A DNA stretch of 33,126 nucleotides from Reclinomonas americana ATCC 50394. Taxonomy: Eukaryota. The stretch is taken from positions 89,920 through 123,045 of the forward strand of contig PS015191.1 in the NCBI GenBank assembly GCA_048213135.1. Direction: 5' to 3'. Below are positions 1 to 10,400 of this stretch, in pieces (positions within the stretch are counted from its first letter, which is position 1; every line of letters starts with the position of its first letter). The position numbers were made by a program, and so were the translations under genes. The notes under the pieces were generated by a model that was given only the letters and a program-made list of their open reading frames with translations, made no database searches and was not told the origin of the DNA.

Positions 1-1
1 G

Positions 2-993
2 CAGCAACAGGGTCAGTCTCCAATGGGTGATTTGTCGCACTTGCGCATGGCCGGTGGCTTCATGCCGCCGCCGCACATGGCGCCAATGCCACCGCACATG
101 ATGGGACCGGGTCCGATGCACCCGAACGATCGAATGATGTACATGATGCACATGCAGCAGCAGCAGCAACTGCAGATGATGCAGCACCAACAACTCCTCC
201 AGCAGCAGCAGCAACATCCGCAGTTCCAGTCACCGCTCGGCGTGCCGCCCATGTTTGGTGCTTCGCCAATGCCGCACGAATTGGGCGGTGGTGCGCCACT
301 GTCGCCGCAGTTGGCGCCGTCGCAGCCGGCGGTCCATCCGTTCGAAATGCACGCACAGCAGCAGCAGCAGCAGCATCAGCAACAACAATACCAGCAGCAG
401 CAACAGCAGCAAGCACCACCACCACCACAACAGCAGCAGCAGTTGCCACCGCCAGCGGTTGCTCCGCCATTGTCGCCGAATCCAGTTGGACATGTGGCGC
501 CGCCATTGCAAGACGTGTCTGTGGCCGCTGCCGATGACAAGAGCGCCTCGTCGCCGGCGAGTCGTGCACCGGCGTGGCAAATGGCCGGCAAGAGTGCCTC
601 GTCGCCAGTCGCCGCTGCCGCACCAGCACCTGCATCGCCAGTGGTGAAGCCGTCGCCGGAGCCAGTCGTGGAGAAGCCCGCTGTGGCACGACCCGCTGAG
701 CAGCCGGCTGCGAATGCAAAGATCGAAGGTGCCCCTGTCGAGCGCGGCCGTGGCCGAGGACGGGGAGCTCCGGTACAGCCGTCTCCCGCCGCCGCCGCTG
801 CAGCAGCACCCGCACCCGCACCCGCAGCAGCCCCCGCACCCGCCCCCGCTCCAGCAGCAGCTGCGCCGCCACCAGCCGCAGCTCGCGGTCGTGGCGCTGC
901 AGCAAGTCCAACTGCCGCTCCAGTCGCACCACCTGCTGCTGCCGCGGCTGCAGCCGGCCGTGGTCGTGGCCAGCCGGCTCGACCAGTTGCGGC
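2..993 (+). CDS. Partial coding exon, Q/P/M- then A/P/RG-rich low-complexity region; probably the downstream part of the GIGYF-like gene (contig appears inverted in the scaffold)
   Basis: Open frame from base 2 (QQQGQSPMGDLSHLRM...) to the N-gap with polyQ, PPP and RGRG motifs. It joins in frame to the polyQ end of the 1678-2624 contig (CA + G). Confidence 0.7.
356..442 (+). repeat. Coding CAG/CAA (polyQ) and CCA (polyP) trinucleotide tracts; similar tracts at 155-213, 2365-2391 and 2593-2624
   Basis: Directly visible cagcagcag/caacag runs in frame. Confidence 0.9.
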
Positions 994-1677
994 NNNNNNN
1001 NNNNNNNNNNNNNNNNNNNNNNNNNNNNNNNNNNNNNNNNNNNNNNNNNNNNNNNNNNNNNNNNNNNNNNNNNNNNNNNNNNNNNNNNNNNNNNNNNNNN
1101 NNNNNNNNNNNNNNNNNNNNNNNNNNNNNNNNNNNNNNNNNNNNNNNNNNNNNNNNNNNNNNNNNNNNNNNNNNNNNNNNNNNNNNNNNNNNNNNNNNNN
1201 NNNNNNNNNNNNNNNNNNNNNNNNNNNNNNNNNNNNNNNNNNNNNNNNNNNNNNNNNNNNNNNNNNNNNNNNNNNNNNNNNNNNNNNNNNNNNNNNNNNN
1301 NNNNNNNNNNNNNNNNNNNNNNNNNNNNNNNNNNNNNNNNNNNNNNNNNNNNNNNNNNNNNNNNNNNNNNNNNNNNNNNNNNNNNNNNNNNNNNNNNNNN
1401 NNNNNNNNNNNNNNNNNNNNNNNNNNNNNNNNNNNNNNNNNNNNNNNNNNNNNNNNNNNNNNNNNNNNNNNNNNNNNNNNNNNNNNNNNNNNNNNNNNNN
1501 NNNNNNNNNNNNNNNNNNNNNNNNNNNNNNNNNNNNNNNNNNNNNNNNNNNNNNNNNNNNNNNNNNNNNNNNNNNNNNNNNNNNNNNNNNNNNNNNNNNN
1601 NNNNNNNNNNNNNNNNNNNNNNNNNNNNNNNNNNNNNNNNNNNNNNNNNNNNNNNNNNNNNNNNNNNNNNNNNNNNN
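994..1677. other. Scaffold gap (684 N)
   Basis: Run of N. Confidence 1.
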
Positions 1678-1701
1678 TGTTTTTTTGACGCTGGTGCACA
1701 G

Positions 1702-2624
1702 AATGGGGCCGAAGCATGTTGCCGGGTCGTCGACACAATGCACCGGGAGACGGATCGTCGCGTGGAGACGAGGCGCATCAGCAGCACGATGCACCGCCGT
1801 CTTCGCAGACCGAATCGTTGAGTACGCGTCTCGGCGATGAAATGCAGAGTGTGGTTGTGCTGACAGCGCCATGTGGGCGTGCAGGTTGTCGGCCTCGAAG
1901 CCGGCGGGTGAGAGTGGCAAGCGAGTGGTGTTGGAGAGTGTCGCCGATGTGCAGGAGCCGGTGTGGCACTATCGTGGAACGCATGGGCAGGATGAGGGAC
2001 CGTGTACGCTGGTGAACCTGCGCAGCTGGTACCAGGATGGTTTCCTGGCGCACGACACTCCGGTGTACAAGGCCGGCGGGGAGAAGATCCCTCTCGATAT
2101 GCTTATGCGCGCCGTGGATGAGGCTGTGGGTGGTGGTGGCGCACAACAGCACCAGCCGCAGCATGTGCTTCCGTCGCAGCCGAGTCTCCAGCAGCAGCAG
2201 CAACATCTTCGACAAGATGCCCCGCATGTTGGAGGTCTCGCATTGTCTGCGCTACGAAGAAGCACCTCGCAATTGATCTCATTTCATCTGGTGCAGGTGG
2301 TGGTGTTATCAAGGCAGAAAACCTGGAGCACATGCTTGGCTCCATGCACATGGACACTTCCTCACAGCAGCAGCAGCAGCAGCAGCAGCAGCCGATGATG
2401 GGTGGTGGCTTTGCGTTCATGGGAGGCATGCAACAGCTGTCTCCGATGGGTGGTATGCCGCCGCCTCCGATGCCGCAGCTTGGCGGCTTCCCGCATCCGG
2501 GACTCGCCGGTCCGGGAGGCATGCCCATGCCGCCACCTCCGTTTGGTCTCGGCCGGGATCTGGGAATGGTTGGCATGTCCGACGACTTTTTGCAACAGCA
2601 ACAACAGCAACAACAGCAGCAGCA
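1702..2624 (+). CDS. Partial gene: GYF-domain-containing exons of a GIGYF/Smy2-like protein
   Basis: Acceptor CACAG at 1701; introns 1817-1884 and 2235-2296 restore one frame. WHYRGTHGQDEGPCTLVNLRSWYQDGFLAHDTPVYK resembles the GYF consensus W-x-Y-x4-G-x3-GPF-x4-M-x2-W-x3-GYF, and is followed by polyQ. Confidence 0.75.
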
Positions 2625-3161
2625 NNNNNNNNNNNNNNNNNNNNNNNNNNNNNNNNNNNNNNNNNNNNNNNNNNNNNNNNNNNNNNNNNNNNNNNNNNNN
2701 NNNNNNNNNNNNNNNNNNNNNNNNNNNNNNNNNNNNNNNNNNNNNNNNNNNNNNNNNNNNNNNNNNNNNNNNNNNNNNNNNNNNNNNNNNNNNNNNNNNN
2801 NNNNNNNNNNNNNNNNNNNNNNNNNNNNNNNNNNNNNNNNNNNNNNNNNNNNNNNNNNNNNNNNNNNNNNNNNNNNNNNNNNNNNNNNNNNNNNNNNNNN
2901 NNNNNNNNNNNNNNNNNNNNNNNNNNNNNNNNNNNNNNNNNNNNNNNNNNNNNNNNNNNNNNNNNNNNNNNNNNNNNNNNNNNNNNNNNNNNNNNNNNNN
3001 NNNNNNNNNNNNNNNNNNNNNNNNNNNNNNNNNNNNNNNNNNNNNNNNNNNNNNNNNNNNNNNNNNNNNNNNNNNNNNNNNNNNNNNNNNNNNNNNNNNN
3101 NNNNNNNNNNNNNNNNNNNNNNNNNNNNNNNNNNNNNNNNNNNNNNNNNNNNNNNNNNNNN
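2625..3161. other. Scaffold gap (537 N)
   Basis: Run of N. Confidence 1.
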
Positions 3162-3199
3162 CTTGCATTCCTGTGACACACACATGCACATACACAAAC

Positions 3200-4175
3200 C
3201 TCGCCCACCACGTCCACCACCTCGCGACGACGGCGGCGTCGTTCCCGTCACATCGCCACCCCGACGGAACCTGCATCACCACCACACCATCAGCTGCAGA
3301 AAGCCCACAATAGCCAGGCCTCCCACACACTCACCGATCAAACGACGACGACTCGACCGGCGATCCTCCGCTGCCTGCTCCGCCACCTCCACGACCACCA
3401 CCAGGAATCGGTCGCCCACGCCCACCACCACCGCTGCTATTGCCTCCATAACCCCGGCGCGGCTCATTGGTGGTGAACCCATCGTCGTCCACCTCCTCTT
3501 CATCGCCACCACCCGGCGAACCTGCAGTGGCAACAGCAGCCGCAGCAGCCGCCGCCGCCTGACGCTGCGCCCGCACATCCTCCCATCGCGGCCGCGCTCC
3601 TTCCTCTGCAACCATGGCTGAGCAAATGTCCCACCAACACTCACACTCTCGCAAACACACACACACCTCGCTGACCACGACCAGCGCCAGTCGCCGCCGA
3701 GGAAGCAGCACCAACGCCGCCACCACCGCCACCACGTCCACGGCCTCCACGATAGTCGCTGCCTACGTTCTCGGGGCTACCAAGAGCGCCATCGTCGCCA
3801 CTTCGATGGCGCGCGCGGTACGCACCTTGCCCACCGCCGCTGCCGCCTCCAGACGCATTGCCGCCGCCACCACTGCCCGCAGAGAGCTTCTCCTCGCCAC
3901 CACTCCCCAACGCAATGATCCCGCTGCCAGGAGCCATCAAAGTCGGCGAGAACGCCACCGGAAACTGAGAGCGCTGTGTGCATGTGTGCAGAGAGAGCGT
4001 GTGTCAGTGGCCGCGCTCACTTTGTCTCTCTCACTCGCGTGCGAGTGCAAACCTCGGAGACAAGCAGAGACTTGACATCGGGCGGGAGTGCAGAGAGTGC
4101 AGCCGGCACCGACTGCGGCGGACGGAACAAGCCCAAGAGCTCCTCGCGACTAAACTTGCGTGACTCGACGGACAT
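3200..4175 (-). CDS. N-terminal exons of a GIGYF-like protein (4E/4EHP-binding-like motif, RGG-rich linker)
   Basis: ATG at 4175; MSVESRKFSREELLGLFRPP resembles the GIGYF N-terminal YRYGREEMLALF motif. Exon 1 is 4175-4053, followed by GT-AG introns (e.g. 3334-3271) and G/R-rich exons. The last donor at 3199 runs into the N-gap. Confidence 0.7.
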
Positions 4176-4252
4176 GTGTGTTGTTGTTTGCTCGTGTTGC
4201 GTGTTGTGTTTGCGTTTTAGTCGACTGGTCATTCACTGTCTTGGTGTTCAAT
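4176..4252. promoter_or_regulatory. Putative bidirectional promoter region (77 bp) between the GIGYF-like and mS25-like genes
   Basis: Positional inference; contains an initiator-like TCATTC near 4229. Confidence 0.4.
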
Positions 4253-4724
4253 ATGGCGGGGCGCGCGGCTGTCTCACGCACTCTTGCGTTCCTGCGTTCG
4301 TCGCCTGTGATCAAGCTGCGGCCTGATGTCGAGGGCATGACAGTGGCGTATGCAAAGAAGGGCGCGGGCATGGCGGGCGCGAGGTGAGAGAGAGAGTGAG
4401 AGCAACAACAGTGTGACTGCCTCTGACACACGCATGCGCATGCAGGCACTTCTTGTATGAGGTGGTGCCCGTCATCAAGTTCCACAACGAGCAGGTGCGG
4501 ACGCAGGTGGAGAAGTCGGCGACGAGCGACACTGCAGAGATCCGCGTGCATCTCAGTTGCGCACACACTCTCTCTGCGCACACACACACACACACGCAGA
4601 GACTGACATTGTTGGTGTGCACACACACACAGAGGGAGGTCAGTCAGAGACGATTGCGGCCAAGGGCGTGAGTGCAGGCGACATTCGACAGGCGCTGGTC
4701 AGCAAGTTCTCTCAACCACAATGA
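4253..4724 (+). CDS. MRPS25: Mitochondrial ribosomal protein mS25-like (L51/S25/CI-B8 family), 3 exons
   Basis: Introns 4384-4445 and 4556-4632 give MAGRAAVSRTLAFLRSSPVIKLRPDVEGMTVAYAKKGAGMAGARHFLYEVVPVIKFHNEQV...KFSQPQ*. This is colinear with animal MRPS25 as I recall it (GRFPIRRTLQYL...MTVNY...GARKF...IPQIQYKNP). Confidence 0.75.
4562..4631 (+). repeat. Intronic (CA)n/(CT)n microsatellites, representative of many introns in the window
   Basis: cacacacacacacac and ctctct runs here; also at 7222-7245, 7652-7667, 8737-8750, 9153-9164 and 16738-16751. Confidence 0.85.
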
Positions 4725-4777
4725 ACACAGTCGTCCATTGAATAGAAGATCATCGCGTGTCAGTGTCAGTGTGAGAG

Positions 4778-6097
4778 ATGGCCAGTGGATCAGCAGCAGA
4801 TGTGCAAGCCGCGGATCTCAGCAAGGAGTTTCAGCGACTGATGGCGCGTTGCCCGTGGAGTGAGGTAACACACAGTGTGTGCGTGCGTGTGCTCGTGTTG
4901 ATGTGCATGCCCAACTCGCACACGCTCTCTCTCAGTGGGAGGAGTTCTGCGCACACGTGACCACTGCCATCAAAGAACGCGAGAAGCAACGATGTTACGC
5001 ACAAGAGGCGCACGCACGCAGGTTTGATCGTTCCGCTCTCTCACTCTCTTCTCTGTCTGTCTGTCTGCAGTCGGCAACGATCGTCGCGTTCGTGTCATGG
5101 CCGATGTGAAGCGCGAGTTGCGGCGACTTGTGCCTGTCTCTGGCGAGGCACCCGATGAGCACATTCACTTCCTCGGCCTCGAGGAGGTTCGTCACTCGCA
5201 GTCACTCATGATCCGAACATCGCCCCCTGACCTCTTTCTCTCACACAGTACGAGGGCTACACGCCCGCCAACACCGCACACGTCGACAACTTCCTCTTCA
5301 CCGACGACGAGGTCGATGAGCAGGTGGAGGAGGGTCAAATGAGCCGCAACTACTGCTTGGATTGCGGATCGCGACGGTGTCGTCCCCTCAACTTTATCTC
5401 GCACTCGTTCAGTGAGGCGCAGCTGCGCTTCATCTTTGGTCCGCACTGCCTCGGCGATATCACCGGGAAGACTGTGGTCGATGTGGGGTCGCGGCTGGGC
5501 ATTACACTGTATGCTGTTGCGTGTTGCGGTGCTGCATCATCGCCCAGCACCCATCGCCGTCTCATGATTGTTTTTCCGCAGGGTCATGTGTACTCGCAAG
5601 CGCGGCTGCTGTGGGGCATTGAGATCAACCAGTACTGGGTGGATCTGACGGAGCGTGTGGCGCGCAAGTTCCACATGGAGGACCGAGTGAAGGCCACGCT
5701 GACGGATTTCTTTGCGGCGCCGACGGGCGAGGCCGAGGATTGTGTGGCGGCCGCCGACATTGTGATTATGCACAATGTGTTTGAGTTCTTTGTGGAGTCG
5801 ACGGAGAAGTTGCGCGAGGCGTGGGATCGTGTACGGGATCGACTGTCGGCCAAGCCGGGTCTGCTGTTCTTGACGTCGCCGCCGTTGGAGGTGTCGCTGG
5901 AGAATGCAAAGGTGAGCAACAGGAGAAGAATGCAGACCGAGTTGCCTTGCCCTCAAAATGAGCGCGCGTCGCAGTGCGAATGGTCGGTGGAGGACTGGCT
6001 GGAGGAGGTGCCGATCACACATCCACTGGCGCTGGACGATTTCACGGGCGAAATGGAGCCACAGTGCACCGACATTTGCCTGTACCGAGTGCGATGA
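4778..6097 (+). CDS. Uncharacterised class I SAM-dependent methyltransferase with N-terminal CxxC, 6 exons
   Basis: Introns at 4865-4935, 4994-5070, ~5187-5248, 5516-5581 and ~5912-5974. Motif I VVDVGSRLG, post-I GIEIN, ADIVIMHNVFEFF, and upstream HVDNFLF..SRNYCLDCGS..FISHS. Confidence 0.8.
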
Positions 6098-6176
6098 ACG
6101 ACGCTTTATATGTAGAAGAGCTCCCTCTCTCCCTCCCTCTCTCCCTATCTATGGTGGCGCGAGAAATCATAAATCA

Positions 6177-7397
6177 TTAGTAGTAGATGGTACGTGTGCG
6201 GTGGTGTGGCAGGAGGCTGTTGCCGGCGTTGAGCTCCTCGCCGAGTGTCCACATTAGCCAGTCGAGCTCCACCGACAGGATCTCGGCCTTTTTGAATTCG
6301 TCCACCGACGAGCGCATCATCTCCACCACTTGCACCGTGGCCGCACGAATCTCAATCTCCTCCTCCGATCCACTGGCGATCTCCTGGTTGCCGTCGACTG
6401 CACCGACTGTCAAAACATGCAACTCCACCGAGGAAATAGAAACTATCACTAACCTCGTGCGGCAAGATCGTCAGCATACACCAGCACACCCCACGTGCGC
6501 AGCAGCTGCGGCACTCGATAGTCGGCAAACATGGTCAGCTTCTCCATGTCGACAAACTCGCCAACGCCAGCCCCTCGAAACGCGCCCCACACATCGGCCA
6601 CAAAGATCTGCGCCCGCTTGAGGAAAAACACCTGCCGACCGCCATAGATGGTGAAATCGGCAAAGCCCGGGAAGCGTGTGGCCATGGTGGTGGCCAGAGC
6701 AACGGCACTGCCCTTGGCCGACTGCACCAGCGTCGTCACACTGCTGCCAAACTGTTCGCGCAACACACGACCGACTTGTCGAATGAGCCGCACTCGCTCG
6801 TCCTCCACCGGCAACACTCGGCCCTTGTACCACTCCTCACGGAACCGTCGCACCGTCAACCGCTCCAGCTCCTCCGGTGCAAACTGACTCGCATCGCGTT
6901 GCATGGCCTCGCGCAGACACCCACTCAAGAAATCATACTCAAACGCCGCCTCCGGTCCCTCCTCTGTGCCCCGCACACAATCAATCCCGCTGCATAAGTG
7001 CGTCATGTGTCGCGCTAACTGACCGACCTTGCGAGGGCCAGAAGCAAAAGTTGATCGTGTCGACCACCAGCAAGTGGCGCAAAGTGTCCTCTGCACGATG
7101 CGCAGTGTCTGTGAAGTGGAAGTTGGCCGGATCCCATGGCACACGCGGCAAGTAGCCACCGCGCTCACTCCGCGCGCGTGCCGCGTCTACATAAGAGAGT
7201 GTGAGGCAGAGCGCATCGGACTGTGTGTGTGTGTGTGAGACAGAGAGGCAACCTGTGACAAAGAGTGTGGGATGCCGCTCCATCAGCTCACGCGCGCACG
7301 TCTGCAGCGCGCTTTGGTCGATGCGCACGTGTCGGGCCTCGCGCATCACACGCGCTGTGCTGCCACACACGTCGAGCAGTGCCTCACAGTCTTCCAT
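6177..7397 (-). CDS. QNG1: Queuosine 5'-phosphate N-glycosylase / queuosine salvage protein (DUF2419), 4 exons
   Basis: Family motifs VDTINFCFW, FPGFADF, FLKRAQIFVADVW, LTMFADYRVPQLLR, EEIEIRAATV, LDWLMW and C-terminal HHRTRTIYY*. Three GT-AG introns (e.g. 7252-7187). Confidence 0.92.
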
Positions 7398-7454
7398 GGT
7401 CAAGAAAGCAAGTGCGGATGGATGGTCGACGGACTGATCGCAGTCACGAAAGCA

Positions 7455-10400
7455 ATGAGTGGTGCGTGCTGAGAGTGTCTCGCTGTGTGTGTCTGTGTTC
7501 ACGCGCGCGTACACACGCTTGTGCACTGCGCTTGTGTGTGCGTGAGAGAGATAGACAGAGAGAGCACACGCAGTATGCGAGAGCGTGTACGAGTTGCAAC
7601 GGGCATGACACACTTGCCCACAAACACGCTTGTCACTCAACACACACGCGCCTCTCTCTCTCTCTCTTTCTGTTTGTTGTGCACAGGGTACTTTGGTGGT
7701 GGTGGTGGCGACGGCGACAGTCTTGCGTCGTCGTCGGCGTTTTCCACGACTGGAAAGTACGTGGTGGCGCGATCGGCCGAGGGCGCTGTGCATTACTTTG
7801 CGCGAGGTGAGTCGCTTCTCTCACACATGAGAGACGCAGACACACACAAGAGCACACCACAATGAGATTATCGACTGCCGAACGAATTCGCGATACCCGC
7901 TCTCACTCTTCATTCACTCTCTCTCTCACACACAGGCGATGGATCGGTGCCAACGAGTGCACGGTGCGTGTAGGTGTCGCGTCGCTTGTGGTGAATGTTT
8001 ATCCTTCTATTCTTACTTGCTTTAGTGGCGATTCTGTGCGCAGGTCATCGCCGCAGCGTGTTGCGTCGTTTGTGTGTTTTTCGAATAATCGCCCGTTTCG
8101 ATGATCGATCGGCCTCATTTCGCTTCTGCGTGTAGTTTCATGAGAATGGTGGCAGTGCAACGCACTCACCAGCCGCTGGCGGCGATCGCGGCTCGTTGTG
8201 GGTGCGAATGATGATCGATTTGAGTTTTTATTGTGTTTTTTCGTTGTAGTGAGCTTATTGGTTGGTGATGATGGACAGGGCGTCGGTCGCGATGGCGATC
8301 TGGACTCGTTTCGACAGCGGTATGTGTGTGTGCGCGTTATGGATTCGTGTAATGATCATGCGCGTTCATGACATTGGTGCATGACGACAGTGATCCGTCG
8401 CCCTCGCTGACGAATGGACGATTGCATGCGTCGCGATCGCCGCGTCGATCGCGTTCGCCCATTCATCGGGTGCGGTTGTTTGTGTGTGGGGGTGTATGTG
8501 GAAGAGGCGGTGAGCTGACGTGTTGCGTGACAGGCGAGTGATTTCGACGATGCGCCACGTCATTTTGTGAAGCAACCATTTTCGCTCGAGTCGCTGTCGC
8601 CGGGGTTTTCATCGTCACGGTTGTCGTCGGCGCAAAGCAGTCCGATGACAGAGGCCGTGCTTCGATCGTCGTCGTCGCGAATCTTGTCGTCGTCGGGTGG
8701 CTCGTCGACGATTCGACGAAGCGGCACGCGGGTATGTCTCTCTCTCTCTCTTTGCGCGCTCCCCTCTGTGCTGCTGGCAGTGCCTTACGCACACACGCAC
8801 GCACACACCACCAGCTGGCAAAAGTGATTGAGGGACCGAATCGCGAGCGCAGTTATGTGCTCACCGAAGACGAGTTCCGCAGTGTGCACGAGGATTTGGA
8901 GGTGCATAATGACGTCACATCCACACACCAGTCTCCCGAGAGTATTCACTCGCGCTTTGCAGGAACGTGATCGGTTGGAGCACAAGGTACGGTTGCTGGA
9001 GACCGACAGCGCCATTAAGGAGGCCAAGATCCGTGGCTTTGAGAAGGAGAGTGCACAAAAGACCGGTGTCATTAGTGCGCTGCAGGAGAAGGTTGGCGAC
9101 ACGGCGTGTTGTGGCGTGCATGTTGATTTGCTCTCTTACGCGCGCGTGCGCGCACACACACACAGGTTCGTGACATGGAAGAGCAGCGACGGCGGCTCGA
9201 GCAGGACCGCCACTTGCTCGACAGGGAACGAAAGAACTTGCAAGAGAGCAAGAGCGAGACGTCTCTGTATGCACGCCGCGAGACGGAAAAGCTGCGCGAT
9301 CAGCTCAAGGTGTGTGTGCGCGTGATGTGCTTGCGCCTGGCGTATGCACGTGGTGTTGCTCACTGGCAGGCGGTTGGGTGGCACAGGCGCTGCAGGCCGA
9401 CAATGCTGCGTTGGAAGCTCGTCTCGACGAGGCGCGCTCGCAGCTGGTGCAGGCCAGCACGCAGTCGTTCCAGACAAAGCGCGACGTCGATGTGCTGCGT
9501 GACTCTGCGAAGGTTTGCAACGCGTTGGCACGCATGTCTGCATGTGCGTGGTGCTGAATAGTGCGTGTTGTGTGGAGCAGGAAATCGAGTCGGAGAATTC
9601 GGTGCTTCGTGCGCGACTGGAGGAGACGCGGCGTGAACTGAGCGAGAGCTTGCTTGTTCGTGACAGCACGTCCAAGGTTTGTCAGAAACCGGTTGCACGC
9701 AGCGCACTGTGTGCGCATGTTGGTGGCGCTGACGCACATGACAGTTGGGCGAGACGTCACAGCAAATGCGGCTGGAGAAGCTGGAAAAGCAGGTGATGCA
9801 AAAGGACACGCTGCTGGCTCGATTGCAGGAGGAGATACGCCACACAGAGGATCGCTATCACGAGGTCGAAAGGGAGCGCAACCGTCTGCGTGATGAGCAA
9901 CGCTCGATGCGCAGCTCGGCAGAGATGTCTCTGTCAGCGCGACGGGATGTTGACACGCTGCGCGAGCAGAACCTGGTTTGTCAGCTTGTTTTGACTCTTT
10001 TGTGCCACGCTTGCGTACTGCGGGAGTGACGGAATCATATGCAGGAACTGGAGGCGCGCAATGCGTTGCTGGAGAGCCGCTTGGATGATGCTCGTCGTGA
10101 GTCGGCCGATCGAACCGCCGCACTGCGGTCGCTTACGAGCCAGGTTTGATCGCGTGCGCGCGCACACACTTGCTCGAATGAGTTGGTTCGCGCTCATTGG
10201 GTCGCGCGTGGCAGAATACCATGTTGGAGGAGCAGCTGAGAAGATACGAATCGCAGCATAGCGTCAGCGACACTGTTCGGCAAGAGATCCAGCGTGCGCA
10301 CGAGCGTGCCAAGGTAGGCCTGTAGACACTGTTTTATTATCCCTTTCCCTGCCCTCACGGTTGCTGGCGAGAGCAGGCTGCCGAGCTGGAGCGGCATCGT

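Noticed and set aside
4556-4632. Reading the shifted donors as non-canonical G|TTGCGT (TT-starting) introns
   Set aside because: Keeping the frame would require the intron to end one base past AG (AGA, AGT, AGC at different sites), which is less parsimonious than GT-AG with a bulge.
4668-4777. Perfect GTGAGT at 4668 that could splice mS25 into the methyltransferase as a fusion
   Set aside because: The YAG acceptors at 4763 and 4769 are out of frame with ATG 4778; only a rare GAG acceptor at 4777 fits. The unspliced exon completes the mS25 domain normally.
5022-5070. AG|GTTTGA as donor of methyltransferase intron 2
   Set aside because: It gives a frameshift and an early stop. The donor at 4994 (GTTACGC) keeps the frame and gives a typical 77-nt intron.
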